Assembly: GCA_020349965.1 (NCBI GenBank)
Contig: CP070705.1
Location: 545,934-609,933, forward strand
Source: a candidate division WOR-3 bacterium
Lineage (GTDB): Bacteria > Hydrothermota > Tepidihabitantia > SM23-42
DNA length: 64,000 nucleotides
Direction of reading: 5' to 3'
Under the pieces are notes generated by a model. It had not been told where the DNA came from. It saw only the letters and a program-made list of their open reading frames with translations, and ran no database searches. Both the position numbers and the translations under genes were made by a program. This document shows positions 9,540 through 18,210 of this stretch, one piece after another; position 1 is the first letter of the stretch; every line of letters starts with the position of its first letter.

Positions 9540-11018
9540 ATGAAAATACTTCTGGTTTATCCGAAAAATCCGGACACATTCTGGTCGTTCAAACATGCGT
9601 TGAGATTCATTTTCAAAAAAGCGACAAATCCGCCGCTTGGATTGCTCACTGCCGCTGCTATGCTGCCGGATGAATGGGAAAAACGACTCATTGATATGAA
9701 TGTAAGCATGTTGAAGGATCGGGATATCGAATGGGCAGATTTTGTCTTTATCAGTGCGGCAACCATTCAGAAAGATTCGGTAAATGAGGTAATTACGCGC
9801 TGTAAGGCAAGAGGTGTAAAGATTGTTGCCGGGGGACCTTTGTTCACAAGTTCTTATGATGAGTATGAGCATGTTGATTATCTCGTGCTCAATGAGGCGG
9901 AAATAACGCTCCCGCAATTTTTGGATGATTTACGTCAAGGAAAACTCAAGCATATTTACACATCCCCCGAGTGGGCAGACCTGAAAAAAACGCCGGTACC
10001 GGATTGGCGCTTGCTCAATATTAGAAAGTATGCGTCCATGAGTATTCAATACTCACGTGGCTGTCCGTTCGATTGCGATTTCTGCGACATCCCCTTGCTC
10101 TACGGGCATAGGCCTCGTATAAAAAACAGGCAACAGATTATCACCGAACTCCAGAATCTTTACGATCGGGGTTGGCGTGGTGTAGTTTTTTTTGTTGACG
10201 ATAATTTTATCGGGAACAAGCGCGGACTGAAGTCAGAAGTTCTGCCTGCCATCGCCGATTGGATGGAGCGTATGAAGTATCCGTTTACGTTTCTCACTCA
10301 AGCGTCGGTTAACCTGGCAGATGATGAAGAATTGATGAACCTGATGGTCAAGGCCAATTTCAATACCGTTTTTGTTGGTATCGAAACGCCGGATGAAGAG
10401 AGTCTTGCTGAATGCGGGAAGCGTCAGAATAAGAATCGCGACCTGGTCGAGTGCGTCAAAAAGATTCAGCGGTTCGGCCTTCAGGTCCAGGGTGGTTTTA
10501 TCGTTGGTTTTGATAGTGATCCGCTGACCATTTTCGAAAGACAAATACGATTCATCCAAAATAGCGGAATTGTTACTGCGATGGTTGGTTTACTCAATGC
10601 CGTGCGCGGTACGAAACTATACCAGCGTCTCAAAGGCGAGAACCGGTTGTTAACGGAAGCCACGGGCGACAATACGGATTGTTCCCTGAATTTCATCCCT
10701 AAGATGCAGTACACGACACTTCTGGAGGGCTACAGGAATATCGTCAGGACGATTTATGCTCCCGATCAATTCTACGCACGGGTGAAGAAATTTCTGGAGA
10801 ATTACAGGCCATTGCATAATAGCCTGGGGCGTCTTAGTATGAGCGAGATCAAGGCGTTCATACTTTCAATATTTGTCCTCGGCATAAAGGAAAAGGAACG
10901 GTTTCATTACTGGCGTCTTTTTCTCTGGAGCGTTTTCAGCCGACCGCGGCTCGCTCCACTTGCCGTGACTTTTGCAATATACGGCTTTCATTTCAGAAAG
11001 GTATTCGAGAAGACCTGA
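9540..11018 (+). CDS. B12-binding radical SAM protein with C-terminal DUF4070
   Basis: 'MKILLVYP..PPLGLLTAAA' B12-binding-like N-terminus, a 'CPFDCDFC' radical SAM motif, and a C-terminal hydrophobic DUF4070-like tail. Confidence 0.75.
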   Translation: MKILLVYPKNPDTFWSFKHALRFIFKKATNPPLGLLTAAAMLPDEWEKRLIDMNVSMLKDRDIEWADFVFISAATIQKDSVNEVITRCKARGVKIVAGGPLFTSSYDEYEHVDYLVLNEAEITLPQFLDDLRQGKLKHIYTSPEWADLKKTPVPDWRLLNIRKYASMSIQYSRGCPFDCDFCDIPLLYGHRPRIKNRQQIITELQNLYDRGWRGVVFFVDDNFIGNKRGLKSEVLPAIADWMERMKYPFTFLTQASVNLADDEELMNLMVKANFNTVFVGIETPDEESLAECGKRQNKNRDLVECVKKIQRFGLQVQGGFIVGFDSDPLTIFERQIRFIQNSGIVTAMVGLLNAVRGTKLYQRLKGENRLLTEATGDNTDCSLNFIPKMQYTTLLEGYRNIVRTIYAPDQFYARVKKFLENYRPLHNSLGRLSMSEIKAFILSIFVLGIKEKERFHYWRLFLWSVFSRPRLAPLAVTFAIYGFHFRKVFEKT

Positions 11019-11292
11019 TATCCGAATATAGACCGTTACCTATACTCGGGATTCGCGCACATTGAAACCAAGCGGCAAATTGCACAGCGGCGAATTAGAC
11101 AATAGTGGGCAGGTTATTCGAGTATCACCATATCAGGATCTGCAGATCGGCTACATGGACCGTGTTATTGGTATTCTGATCTGCTTGTCTGCTCGATACT
11201 GATTTGTTGATCATCTGGAAGCGTTAGTTGTCAAATTCAGCGCGTGCGTCATTGAGCTTGCGGCATGTGTCGGTTCATTAAATCATCGCTAT

Positions 11293-11319
11293 TGACTTTA
11301 GTCGTTATTTATATATAAT
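11293..11319 (+). promoter_or_regulatory. Sigma70-like promoter (TTGACT-N15-TATAAT) for the second cold-shock gene
   Basis: Seen directly in the sequence. Confidence 0.5.
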
Positions 11320-11411
11320 AAACGTTAAGAAAGTCATTTAGTTTGTTGAAGGTACGGTAGAATACTCATATTCTCGATCCCCTCAATAAATAAAGACTTG
11401 AAAGGAGAAAA

Positions 11412-11615
11412 ATGACTTACGGAAAAGTCAAATGGTTCGATAGCAGAAAAGGCTATGGTTTCATCGAAAAAGAAGACGGAACCGGTGACGTTTTTGTCCA
11501 CTATGGTGACATAGCGGGCGATGGTTATCGATCCCTTAATGAAGGCGAAAGAGTTAAGTTTGAAATAACTCAATCCCCCAAAGGGGCGAAAGCTTCGAAT
11601 GTCGAACTTGCATAA
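11412..11615 (+). CDS. csp: Cold-shock protein, CspA family (paralog 2)
   Basis: Differs from copy 1 at only a few residues. Its 5' UTR is conserved with copy 1. Confidence 0.9.
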   Translation: MTYGKVKWFDSRKGYGFIEKEDGTGDVFVHYGDIAGDGYRSLNEGERVKFEITQSPKGAKASNVELA

Positions 11616-11635
11616 CATGTGATAACACACATGCG

Positions 11636-11662
11636 AAAAAGCCCCCTTTTGGGGGCTTTTTC
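11636..11662. terminator. Bidirectional rho-independent terminator between convergent csp and MFS genes
   Basis: AAAAAGCCCCC-TTTT-GGGGGCTTTTT, with A/T tracts on both sides of the hairpin. Confidence 0.7.
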
Positions 11663-11686
11663 ATTATCTGTAAGGTTGACTCTATG

Positions 11687-12964
11687 TCAGCCCTGCAGAT
11701 CGATTAGTTCTTTGTCTCTCAAGAATAGAACGGCGGCGGCGCATGCAACGATTATGCCGCCTATTCTCAAGGCCATTTGCGCGCCGAGATGGTCAGCTAT
11801 GAATCCTGCTTGCAGGCTGCCAAAGGGCATCATTCCAATGAAGAAGAGTACGTAAAGGCTCATGATCCTCCCACGGAGATGGTCGGGAGTGATTGTCTGG
11901 AGCAGGCTGTTTATCGAGGCATTCTGCATCACCATGCCCCAGCCTAAGAAAAGGAGGAGAATCAGAGAAACGTAGTATGTATTCGAAAGTGAGAACAATA
12001 TCGTGGCGATGACGAAAGACGTTGTGCCTGCGATGACGAATCTACCCTTCTTTCGGTAATCGCTGAGGAAGGCAAGACTCAGCGCACCGATCAAGGCGCC
12101 GACGCCAGCCGAAGCAAGTAGCATGCCCAATCCTTTCGCTCCGACCTTCAGTATGTCTCGGGCAAAAACAGGCATAAGCATTGCAAATGGCATTATGAAG
12201 ATGCTCGAAAGGGCCACGAGCAGAATCAGGGACATTATGTTCTTATCGCGCCGAGCATGGCCGAACCCCTCCCTGATATCTCTCAATACGTGCGTTCTCT
12301 TCCTATTTGTGGGGTTGAAGTTGCCTTTCATCATGAAGAGACCGATGATCACTGCCAGGTAACTTATCCCGTTGAGATAGAAGCATAGTACGATACCTAT
12401 TGCACTGATGATCAGGCCGGCCATGGCCGGACCGACGATCCGGGCGAGATTGAAAATGGACGAATTGAGGGCAATAGCGTTGAGCAGGTCCTTCTTGCCG
12501 ACAATTTCGACGATGAACGACTGACGGGTTGGCGAGTCGATTGCCATAGTCACACCCAATATCGAGGCGAGTACGAGTATGTGCCAATATTGAATCTGTT
12601 TTGTAAGAACGAGTGTTGCCAGTGCAAAGGCAAGTACCATGGCGGTGATCTGGGTGGTGATAACGACCGTTCTCTTATTGAGATTGTCTGCCAGGGCGCC
12701 GCCAAAGGGTGCAACAAACAAGACCGGTAATGTCCCGAGCATCGATACAAGACCGAGCAGAAAAGGTGAGTTCGTCATCTGCAACACCAACCAGCCCCGC
12801 GCAACGTTCTGCATCCAGGTGCCGACTAGCGAAACCATCTGGCCAAACCAGAACAAGCGGAAGTTACGGTGATGCAGCGCGGCAATCATCCGGGGAAGTC
12901 TGCCCGTCGGCTCGGGCAACGTATCGACGCTGGTGAAAATTACTTTGGATTCATTGGAGGACAC
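11687..12964 (-). CDS. MFS transporter
   Basis: 12-TM architecture with an N-terminal 'GQMVSLVGTWMQNVA...LGGALADNLNKR' region typical of the major facilitator superfamily. Confidence 0.75.
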   Translation of the reverse strand: MSSNESKVIFTSVDTLPEPTGRLPRMIAALHHRNFRLFWFGQMVSLVGTWMQNVARGWLVLQMTNSPFLLGLVSMLGTLPVLFVAPFGGALADNLNKRTVVITTQITAMVLAFALATLVLTKQIQYWHILVLASILGVTMAIDSPTRQSFIVEIVGKKDLLNAIALNSSIFNLARIVGPAMAGLIISAIGIVLCFYLNGISYLAVIIGLFMMKGNFNPTNRKRTHVLRDIREGFGHARRDKNIMSLILLVALSSIFIMPFAMLMPVFARDILKVGAKGLGMLLASAGVGALIGALSLAFLSDYRKKGRFVIAGTTSFVIATILFSLSNTYYVSLILLLFLGWGMVMQNASINSLLQTITPDHLRGRIMSLYVLFFIGMMPFGSLQAGFIADHLGAQMALRIGGIIVACAAAVLFLRDKELIDLQG

Positions 12965-13203
12965 ATTCGATTATAAGCATCCGTGCGCAACAGTCAATGT
13001 GGTATGAATCCTCCTCGACTTTATTATCTGATGGGATCAGTGGAATAACCGGAAGTTGTAGATTTTCGTTGCATGGCAGTATTGACATGAACGGTTATGC
13101 AGCTACAATGCATGTTGTTTTCCTCCCGCTGGTGTCGTGAATGACTGGTCTCAGTCTGTGATTTTATTGACGGGCCGAAGGTTGCGTATAAACCTATATT
13201 GAG

Positions 13204-13905
13204 ATGACAAAGGAGGTGGGTATGTGCGCGATGCCGCGATCGAAGTTAATCAGACAGGTATTGTTCCGATTCGGACTGGGCGCCATTGTGATGGGTTTGT
13301 TATTCTTCGTGTCGGCCGGCACACTCCGGTTCTGGCACGCTTGGGTCTTCATTGCGATTCTATTCATCCCGATGTTCTTTGTTGTTTTGTATCTGATCAG
13401 AAATGACCCTGCTTTAATTGAACGCCGTATGAGAACCAGAGAGAGGGAACCGTTTCAAAAGAAATCTCAGATAATCTCGACCTTTCTTTATTTGCTTGCA
13501 TTCCTGATACCGGGGCTCGATCATCGTTTTGGGTGGTCATCGGTGCCGGTCGTGTTCGTCGTGATCGCCGACGTGATAGTCTTTCTGGGATATATGCTAT
13601 TCTTTCTTGTATTGCGAGAGAATTCTTATGCTTCGAGGGTCGTTGAGGTTGAGAAAGAACAGAAAGTCATCTCGACCGGGCCATATGCCGTAGTCCGCCA
13701 TCCCATGTACGTTGCTGCTTTGATGATCTTCCTATTCAGTCCCGCGGCACTTGGTTCATTATGGGCATTGTCTGCGATGATACCTTCAATGTTGTTTATA
13801 ATCCCCCGGATCAAAGATGAAGAGCGCTTGCTAACCGCTAATCTCACAGGATATGAGGAGTACACGCGAAGGGTGAAGTATCGACTGTTGCCCCTGTTGT
13901 GGTGA
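13204..13905 (+). CDS. ICMT-family membrane methyltransferase
   Basis: 'EEKVISTGPYAVVRHPMYVAALMIF' C-terminal motif of isoprenylcysteine carboxyl methyltransferase family proteins. Confidence 0.55.
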   Translation: MTKEVGMCAMPRSKLIRQVLFRFGLGAIVMGLLFFVSAGTLRFWHAWVFIAILFIPMFFVVLYLIRNDPALIERRMRTREREPFQKKSQIISTFLYLLAFLIPGLDHRFGWSSVPVVFVVIADVIVFLGYMLFFLVLRENSYASRVVEVEKEQKVISTGPYAVVRHPMYVAALMIFLFSPAALGSLWALSAMIPSMLFIIPRIKDEERLLTANLTGYEEYTRRVKYRLLPLLW

Positions 13906-14139
13906 AGGTTTACGGGGCTGGCGCGTGAGCATTGATCATTTCTTGCGATAGGAGCCGCGTAGTACGTATTGACATAATTCTTGCATAGTATAGAATTACT
14001 GCAGACGAATTCTTGGTAGTATGTAGGATCTGGAGGCGTGCATGATAGGGATATCGTGTAGTCATGGTTCATTCATTTGCCGGGCATGTCGAATTATTAC
14101 ACAAGATCCTAGGAGTGAAGCACAAAAATAGCGAAGATC

Positions 14140-17100
14140 ATGTATTATCTATTATTATGTTTGTGTTGTTTGATGTACCCTGCTGATATCGGCGCAGATA
14201 CCATCATAGTTATTCAGACATTGGATAGTCTGCTTGAACAGAGTGCGACGCATGCCGAAAGCTTCGAATTTGAGGAGGCAATATCTGTGTGCCGGGCTTC
14301 ACTTGCGATTGAATCCTTATTACAGGAGTACGGTATGGTCGCTCAAACATTTTATCGCATTGGTGAAGCATTTTACGAGTTGTCTGAATATGACAGTTCG
14401 CTGTATTACCTCGACTCGGCCCTGGTGCTTGCACGTGTGCTTAAGAGCGAGGATCTTGAATGCCACATTCTAAACAAAGTTGGTGAAAACAACGAGCGGT
14501 TGAGCGAGTTTGAAAAGGCGCTCGCGTTCTATGACTCGGCGCTTGCAGTGGCAATTGCCACGAAGGATAAGCGTATTGAAGGTCTCATCTTATGCAATAT
14601 CGGATGGACCCTCGATGCCTTGAGCAAATATGAAGAGGCTTTTGTGTATCATGATTCAGCCCATGCTATAGCACATGCAGTTGGAGACAAACGCTTAGAA
14701 GGTCGGATCCTGCGGCGGCTTGGGACTGCTTGCAGCGTGCTTGGCCAATTCGATCGCGCCCTTGCGTGCTACGATTCGGCGCTCGTGATCGCGCATCAGA
14801 CCAACGACAGGCGACTTGAAGGCCGCACGCTTATGGGCATAGGCCGCGTAAAGTTTGCGCTCGACGACTATGATGAAACACTGGCGATCAACCGACTTGC
14901 GCTTGATGTGATGCGCGCTACCAGAGATAGGGTATCAGAAGGATATGTGCTCGATTGTAGTGGCATGGCTTATCGTATGCTCTGCGAATATGATAGCGCG
15001 TTTGCATGTCACCGGGCTGCATTGACTATCAGGAGGAAGGTAAAAGACCGTATGGGTGAGGGGAACGCACTGGTGAATTTGGGGCTGACGTACATCGACG
15101 AGTACAAGTATGAAGAAGCGCTTGCATACCTGGATTCCGGATTGGCTATCGCGAAGGCAATTAAAAACCACACGGGGAAAGAGATCATCTATATCTCGGT
15201 TGGTTCAATATTCGACGATTTAGCACATTATGAAAACGCTTTGGCGTATTATGACTCGGCGCTTGTGATATCACGGGAGACAGGTGAGAAAATGAGAGAG
15301 GGCTCACTGCTTATGTATATCGGAGGAATTTACCACGACCTGAAGCAGTATGAGCGGGCACTTCTGTATTACGATTCTGCTTGGGTGTGTCTAAGAGAGC
15401 TGAGGATAGAATATACTGATGCGCTGATCCTCGTGTACGCCGGTGCTGCCTACTGTGCACTAAAGCAATACAGAAGAGCTTTGAGTGTTTATGATTCGGC
15501 ACTGGTGACAATTCGGACAATAGATGAGCAGAGATTGGAAGGTGTGATATTGCATAACATGAGCAACGTGTATTTTGACCTTGGACAATATGATACGGCT
15601 TCCGCTTATCTTGATTCAGCGTTTGTGCTAGTCGACAAGGTTCATAATATGTTTCGCAAGGCTTCTATCCTATGCCGGAGGGGTACAATTCTTCGTATGC
15701 AAGAGAAGTATGATCGTGCTCTTTCGTACTATGATTCGGCGCTCGTGGTGGCAAGAGAGATAAGGGACCAAAGCACAGAAGGCACAACACTTCACGAGAT
15801 CGGTTATTTGCATGAGCAGGTCTCGGATATAGAAAATGCTGTTGCATTTTACAAACAGTCTATTGATGTAAAAGAATCCATCAGGGAAGCATTGCAGCAC
15901 GAAGAGCTGAAATCCTATTACATTGAAGCGGAGAGGGACATCTACGAACGATTAATCAACTTGCTCATCATATTACAACGCTACAAAGAAGCATTTGATT
16001 ATATGGAGCGGAGTCGTTCGCAGAAGATACGGCGAAAACTCGAGAGGCAGGATATCGTGGCCTTTGACCCTTCGCTTAGAAGGATACAGCAGCGCATTAA
16101 TTTCGCTGAGGCAGAGATGCACGGGTTGAATTTGAGATTGCGAGAAAGAAGATTGCCGCACGATGAGTATGTTCAGAAAATGACCGAGCTTGAAGGCAGG
16201 CGCAATCAGCTTATGTTTGATTTGAAAACCTATCACCCCGAGTACTATAATTTCATGGTACCCCACATCATATCACTGGAAACCGTTCAGGGCTGGATTC
16301 CAGAAAACACAGTGTTTGTGGAATACGTACTAACTGGTGAGCACTACACTGTGTTTCTCGTTGCGGACAAATTATTTTTGCTGAAGAAACTAACATATCC
16401 CCGGTCTCTTATCGACAGTGTGGTACGTGACGCACTAAGCGATCTTAGATGGTTGCGCGATAAGACGGTGATCGATGCCCACCTCCAAGATCTGTACTTG
16501 TTACTAATGGAACCATTAGAAGCGACGTTGAATGATTTTAGCGATGTTGTCATCATTCCTTGGGGATTACTTCATTATGTGCCGTTTCATGCTTTGAGGA
16601 AGAACAGGGCGCAAGGCGGCGGGTACGAATACATGATGGAATGGAAGAGGGTCAATTACCTGCCATCGGCTCAATTTTTGCAGGACTTGTCGCCCATCGA
16701 ACGCAAGCAAGAAGAAAAGTTATTGGCATTCGCGAATTGCGACGGCACGTTACCCTGCGCAGAAATCGAGGTCGACTCAATCTGCGAGATATACCCCGAT
16801 GCGTGTATCTGCAAGAAAGACAGCGCGACAAAGGAACAGTTCATCACGATGTGTGGCGAATACGAGCTACTCCATCTGGCCACACACGGGATCCTTGATC
16901 CTGATCCGCGTTTTTCCCATATTGTCTTTGCGCCGACAGGTTCGGGCAATCTCACGGTCAGAGAAATACTTGGTCTGTCCGGACGTTTTGATCACACTTC
17001 TCTTGTCACGCTCTCGTCGTGTGAAACGGCCATCGAAGAGGATCCCGAGAAGGCAGGTACGGAATTGACAACACTCGCCGTGGGATTCAAGATGGCGGGT

Positions 17101-17301
17101 GTCCCCAGTATCGTAGCAACGCTCTGGGAGATAGCAGACCGCTCGACCGCGGTTTTCATGAAGCACTTCTATGCGAACGTAAAAGTCGGAAAGAGCCGAA
17201 GCGAGTGCCTAAGGGAGGCGCAGATAGCTGTGAAGGAGCATTCCGATTACGCGCACCCTTATTATTGGGCGCCTTTTATCTTGATTGGCAGCTGGCAGTA
17301 A
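14140..17301 (+). CDS. TPR-repeat protein with C-terminal CHAT (caspase-like) protease domain
   Basis: About 12 TPR-like repeats with a recurring 'A..YYDSAL' motif span residues 30-560. The C-terminus carries 'LLHLATHG' (His) and 'LVTLSSCETA' (Cys), the catalytic-dyad context of CHAT domains. Confidence 0.75.
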   Translation: MYYLLLCLCCLMYPADIGADTIIVIQTLDSLLEQSATHAESFEFEEAISVCRASLAIESLLQEYGMVAQTFYRIGEAFYELSEYDSSLYYLDSALVLARVLKSEDLECHILNKVGENNERLSEFEKALAFYDSALAVAIATKDKRIEGLILCNIGWTLDALSKYEEAFVYHDSAHAIAHAVGDKRLEGRILRRLGTACSVLGQFDRALACYDSALVIAHQTNDRRLEGRTLMGIGRVKFALDDYDETLAINRLALDVMRATRDRVSEGYVLDCSGMAYRMLCEYDSAFACHRAALTIRRKVKDRMGEGNALVNLGLTYIDEYKYEEALAYLDSGLAIAKAIKNHTGKEIIYISVGSIFDDLAHYENALAYYDSALVISRETGEKMREGSLLMYIGGIYHDLKQYERALLYYDSAWVCLRELRIEYTDALILVYAGAAYCALKQYRRALSVYDSALVTIRTIDEQRLEGVILHNMSNVYFDLGQYDTASAYLDSAFVLVDKVHNMFRKASILCRRGTILRMQEKYDRALSYYDSALVVAREIRDQSTEGTTLHEIGYLHEQVSDIENAVAFYKQSIDVKESIREALQHEELKSYYIEAERDIYERLINLLIILQRYKEAFDYMERSRSQKIRRKLERQDIVAFDPSLRRIQQRINFAEAEMHGLNLRLRERRLPHDEYVQKMTELEGRRNQLMFDLKTYHPEYYNFMVPHIISLETVQGWIPENTVFVEYVLTGEHYTVFLVADKLFLLKKLTYPRSLIDSVVRDALSDLRWLRDKTVIDAHLQDLYLLLMEPLEATLNDFSDVVIIPWGLLHYVPFHALRKNRAQGGGYEYMMEWKRVNYLPSAQFLQDLSPIERKQEEKLLAFANCDGTLPCAEIEVDSICEIYPDACICKKDSATKEQFITMCGEYELLHLATHGILDPDPRFSHIVFAPTGSGNLTVREILGLSGRFDHTSLVTLSSCETAIEEDPEKAGTELTTLAVGFKMAGVPSIVATLWEIADRSTAVFMKHFYANVKVGKSRSECLREAQIAVKEHSDYAHPYYWAPFILIGSWQ

Positions 17302-17329
17302 AGCGGCAAGTCAGTTCTTGTTTCCTGCT

Positions 17330-17635
17330 CTATGGTCGTGTTTCGATACTTCCGCCTGGAGGACCGGGTGGTCTAGGTTCTGGTTGCGTGTCGGCTTCTA
17401 TACCCTTGAGAATAACAGCCCGCGCCTCTGGTGGGATTTTCAATTGGAGTTTAATGAGGTTGTCTTGAATCGTTACCGTTCTATCATAATGAGCCGATAA
17501 CTCGACGAGGTAATCCTGGATTTCCTTTATCTCGCTCTTTACCTCGTTCAGCTCTTCCCTGCTTACGCCAGTACCCTGGCATCCGACCATCATCACGCAG
17601 ACGATGGCGCTTGCTATGGTTAAGATTTTAACCAT
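17330..17635 (-). CDS. Small lipoprotein with a Pro-rich C-terminus
   Basis: Signal peptide plus a 'MVGC' lipobox, a coiled-coil-like middle and a 'PEPRPPGPPGG' tail. It converges on the CHAT gene. Confidence 0.4.
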   Translation of the reverse strand: MVKILTIASAIVCVMMVGCQGTGVSREELNEVKSEIKEIQDYLVELSAHYDRTVTIQDNLIKLQLKIPPEARAVILKGIEADTQPEPRPPGPPGGSIETRP

Positions 17636-18104
17636 GTCTCCTCCTTGTTTCGAATCCTGTTAATGGCTTCGATGTCGGACTGGAGTCCGTGCAGATAAGG
17701 ACTTATAGAATGGAGTTGTATAAGGCGCATCGCGTGGCGTTGTTCTGGGAGAATGTCTAGAAAATACGGGGTGCATTGTATGATCCTTACTATCATCTGT
17801 TGCCCCAATCCTATCTACTTCGACAATCAATGTTATTTTATACGTGAAGGACTGTAAGTCAACAGAGAAGAGGATCTAATGTTGACCACACGTAAGAAGA
17901 TGGTCTGTATAGCACTGACTGACGCTGTTGATGAATCTAATCAGCCCGTAGTATGAATATAGACCCCAGTTCCGCCACTGCGGCGATTCGGCAACATGAT
18001 CTGCGTGTGAGCGGCTCTGCGATCGATATTTTCAAAGAGGAATAAGGTAGGCACCACCTTCGTTCGTAGCTTGGTCATGTCCATCATTTCTGATGTTCCG
18101 CCGG

Positions 18105-18133
18105 TTGACAGCCGTTTGTCATTCATGTATTAT
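18105..18133 (+). promoter_or_regulatory. Sigma70 promoter (TTGACA-N17-TATTAT)
   Basis: Seen directly in the sequence. Confidence 0.45.
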
Positions 18134-18171
18134 GGTTGGTGACATTATACAGCATTATTTTGGTCAGAACG

Positions 18172-18199
18172 TTGACCGATGTTTCACGAATAGTATAAT
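18172..18199 (+). promoter_or_regulatory. Sigma70 promoter (TTGACC-N16-TATAAT) immediately upstream of the C25-like peptidase gene
   Basis: Seen directly in the sequence, with an AAGGAGG RBS at 18204-18210. Confidence 0.5.
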
Positions 18200-18210
18200 G
18201 TATAAGGAGG

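Noticed and set aside
9366-9917. 183-aa minus-strand ORF overlapping the start of the B12-radical SAM gene
   Set aside because: It lies entirely antisense to a well-supported radical SAM gene, has no RBS and shows no motif. It is probably a spurious antisense frame.
14234-15840. Periodic ~120-nt DNA repeats (tatgactcggcgcttg... recurring)
   Set aside because: They are not a CRISPR array or tandem non-coding repeat. They are the nucleotide-level echo of the TPR repeats, which carry a YYDSAL motif, within one continuous ORF.
16560-17166. Several 90-110-aa ORFs on both strands inside the CHAT domain region
   Set aside because: They are internal to a 1053-aa ORF with clear TPR and CHAT motifs. 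They are Arg-rich alternate frames with no start signals.
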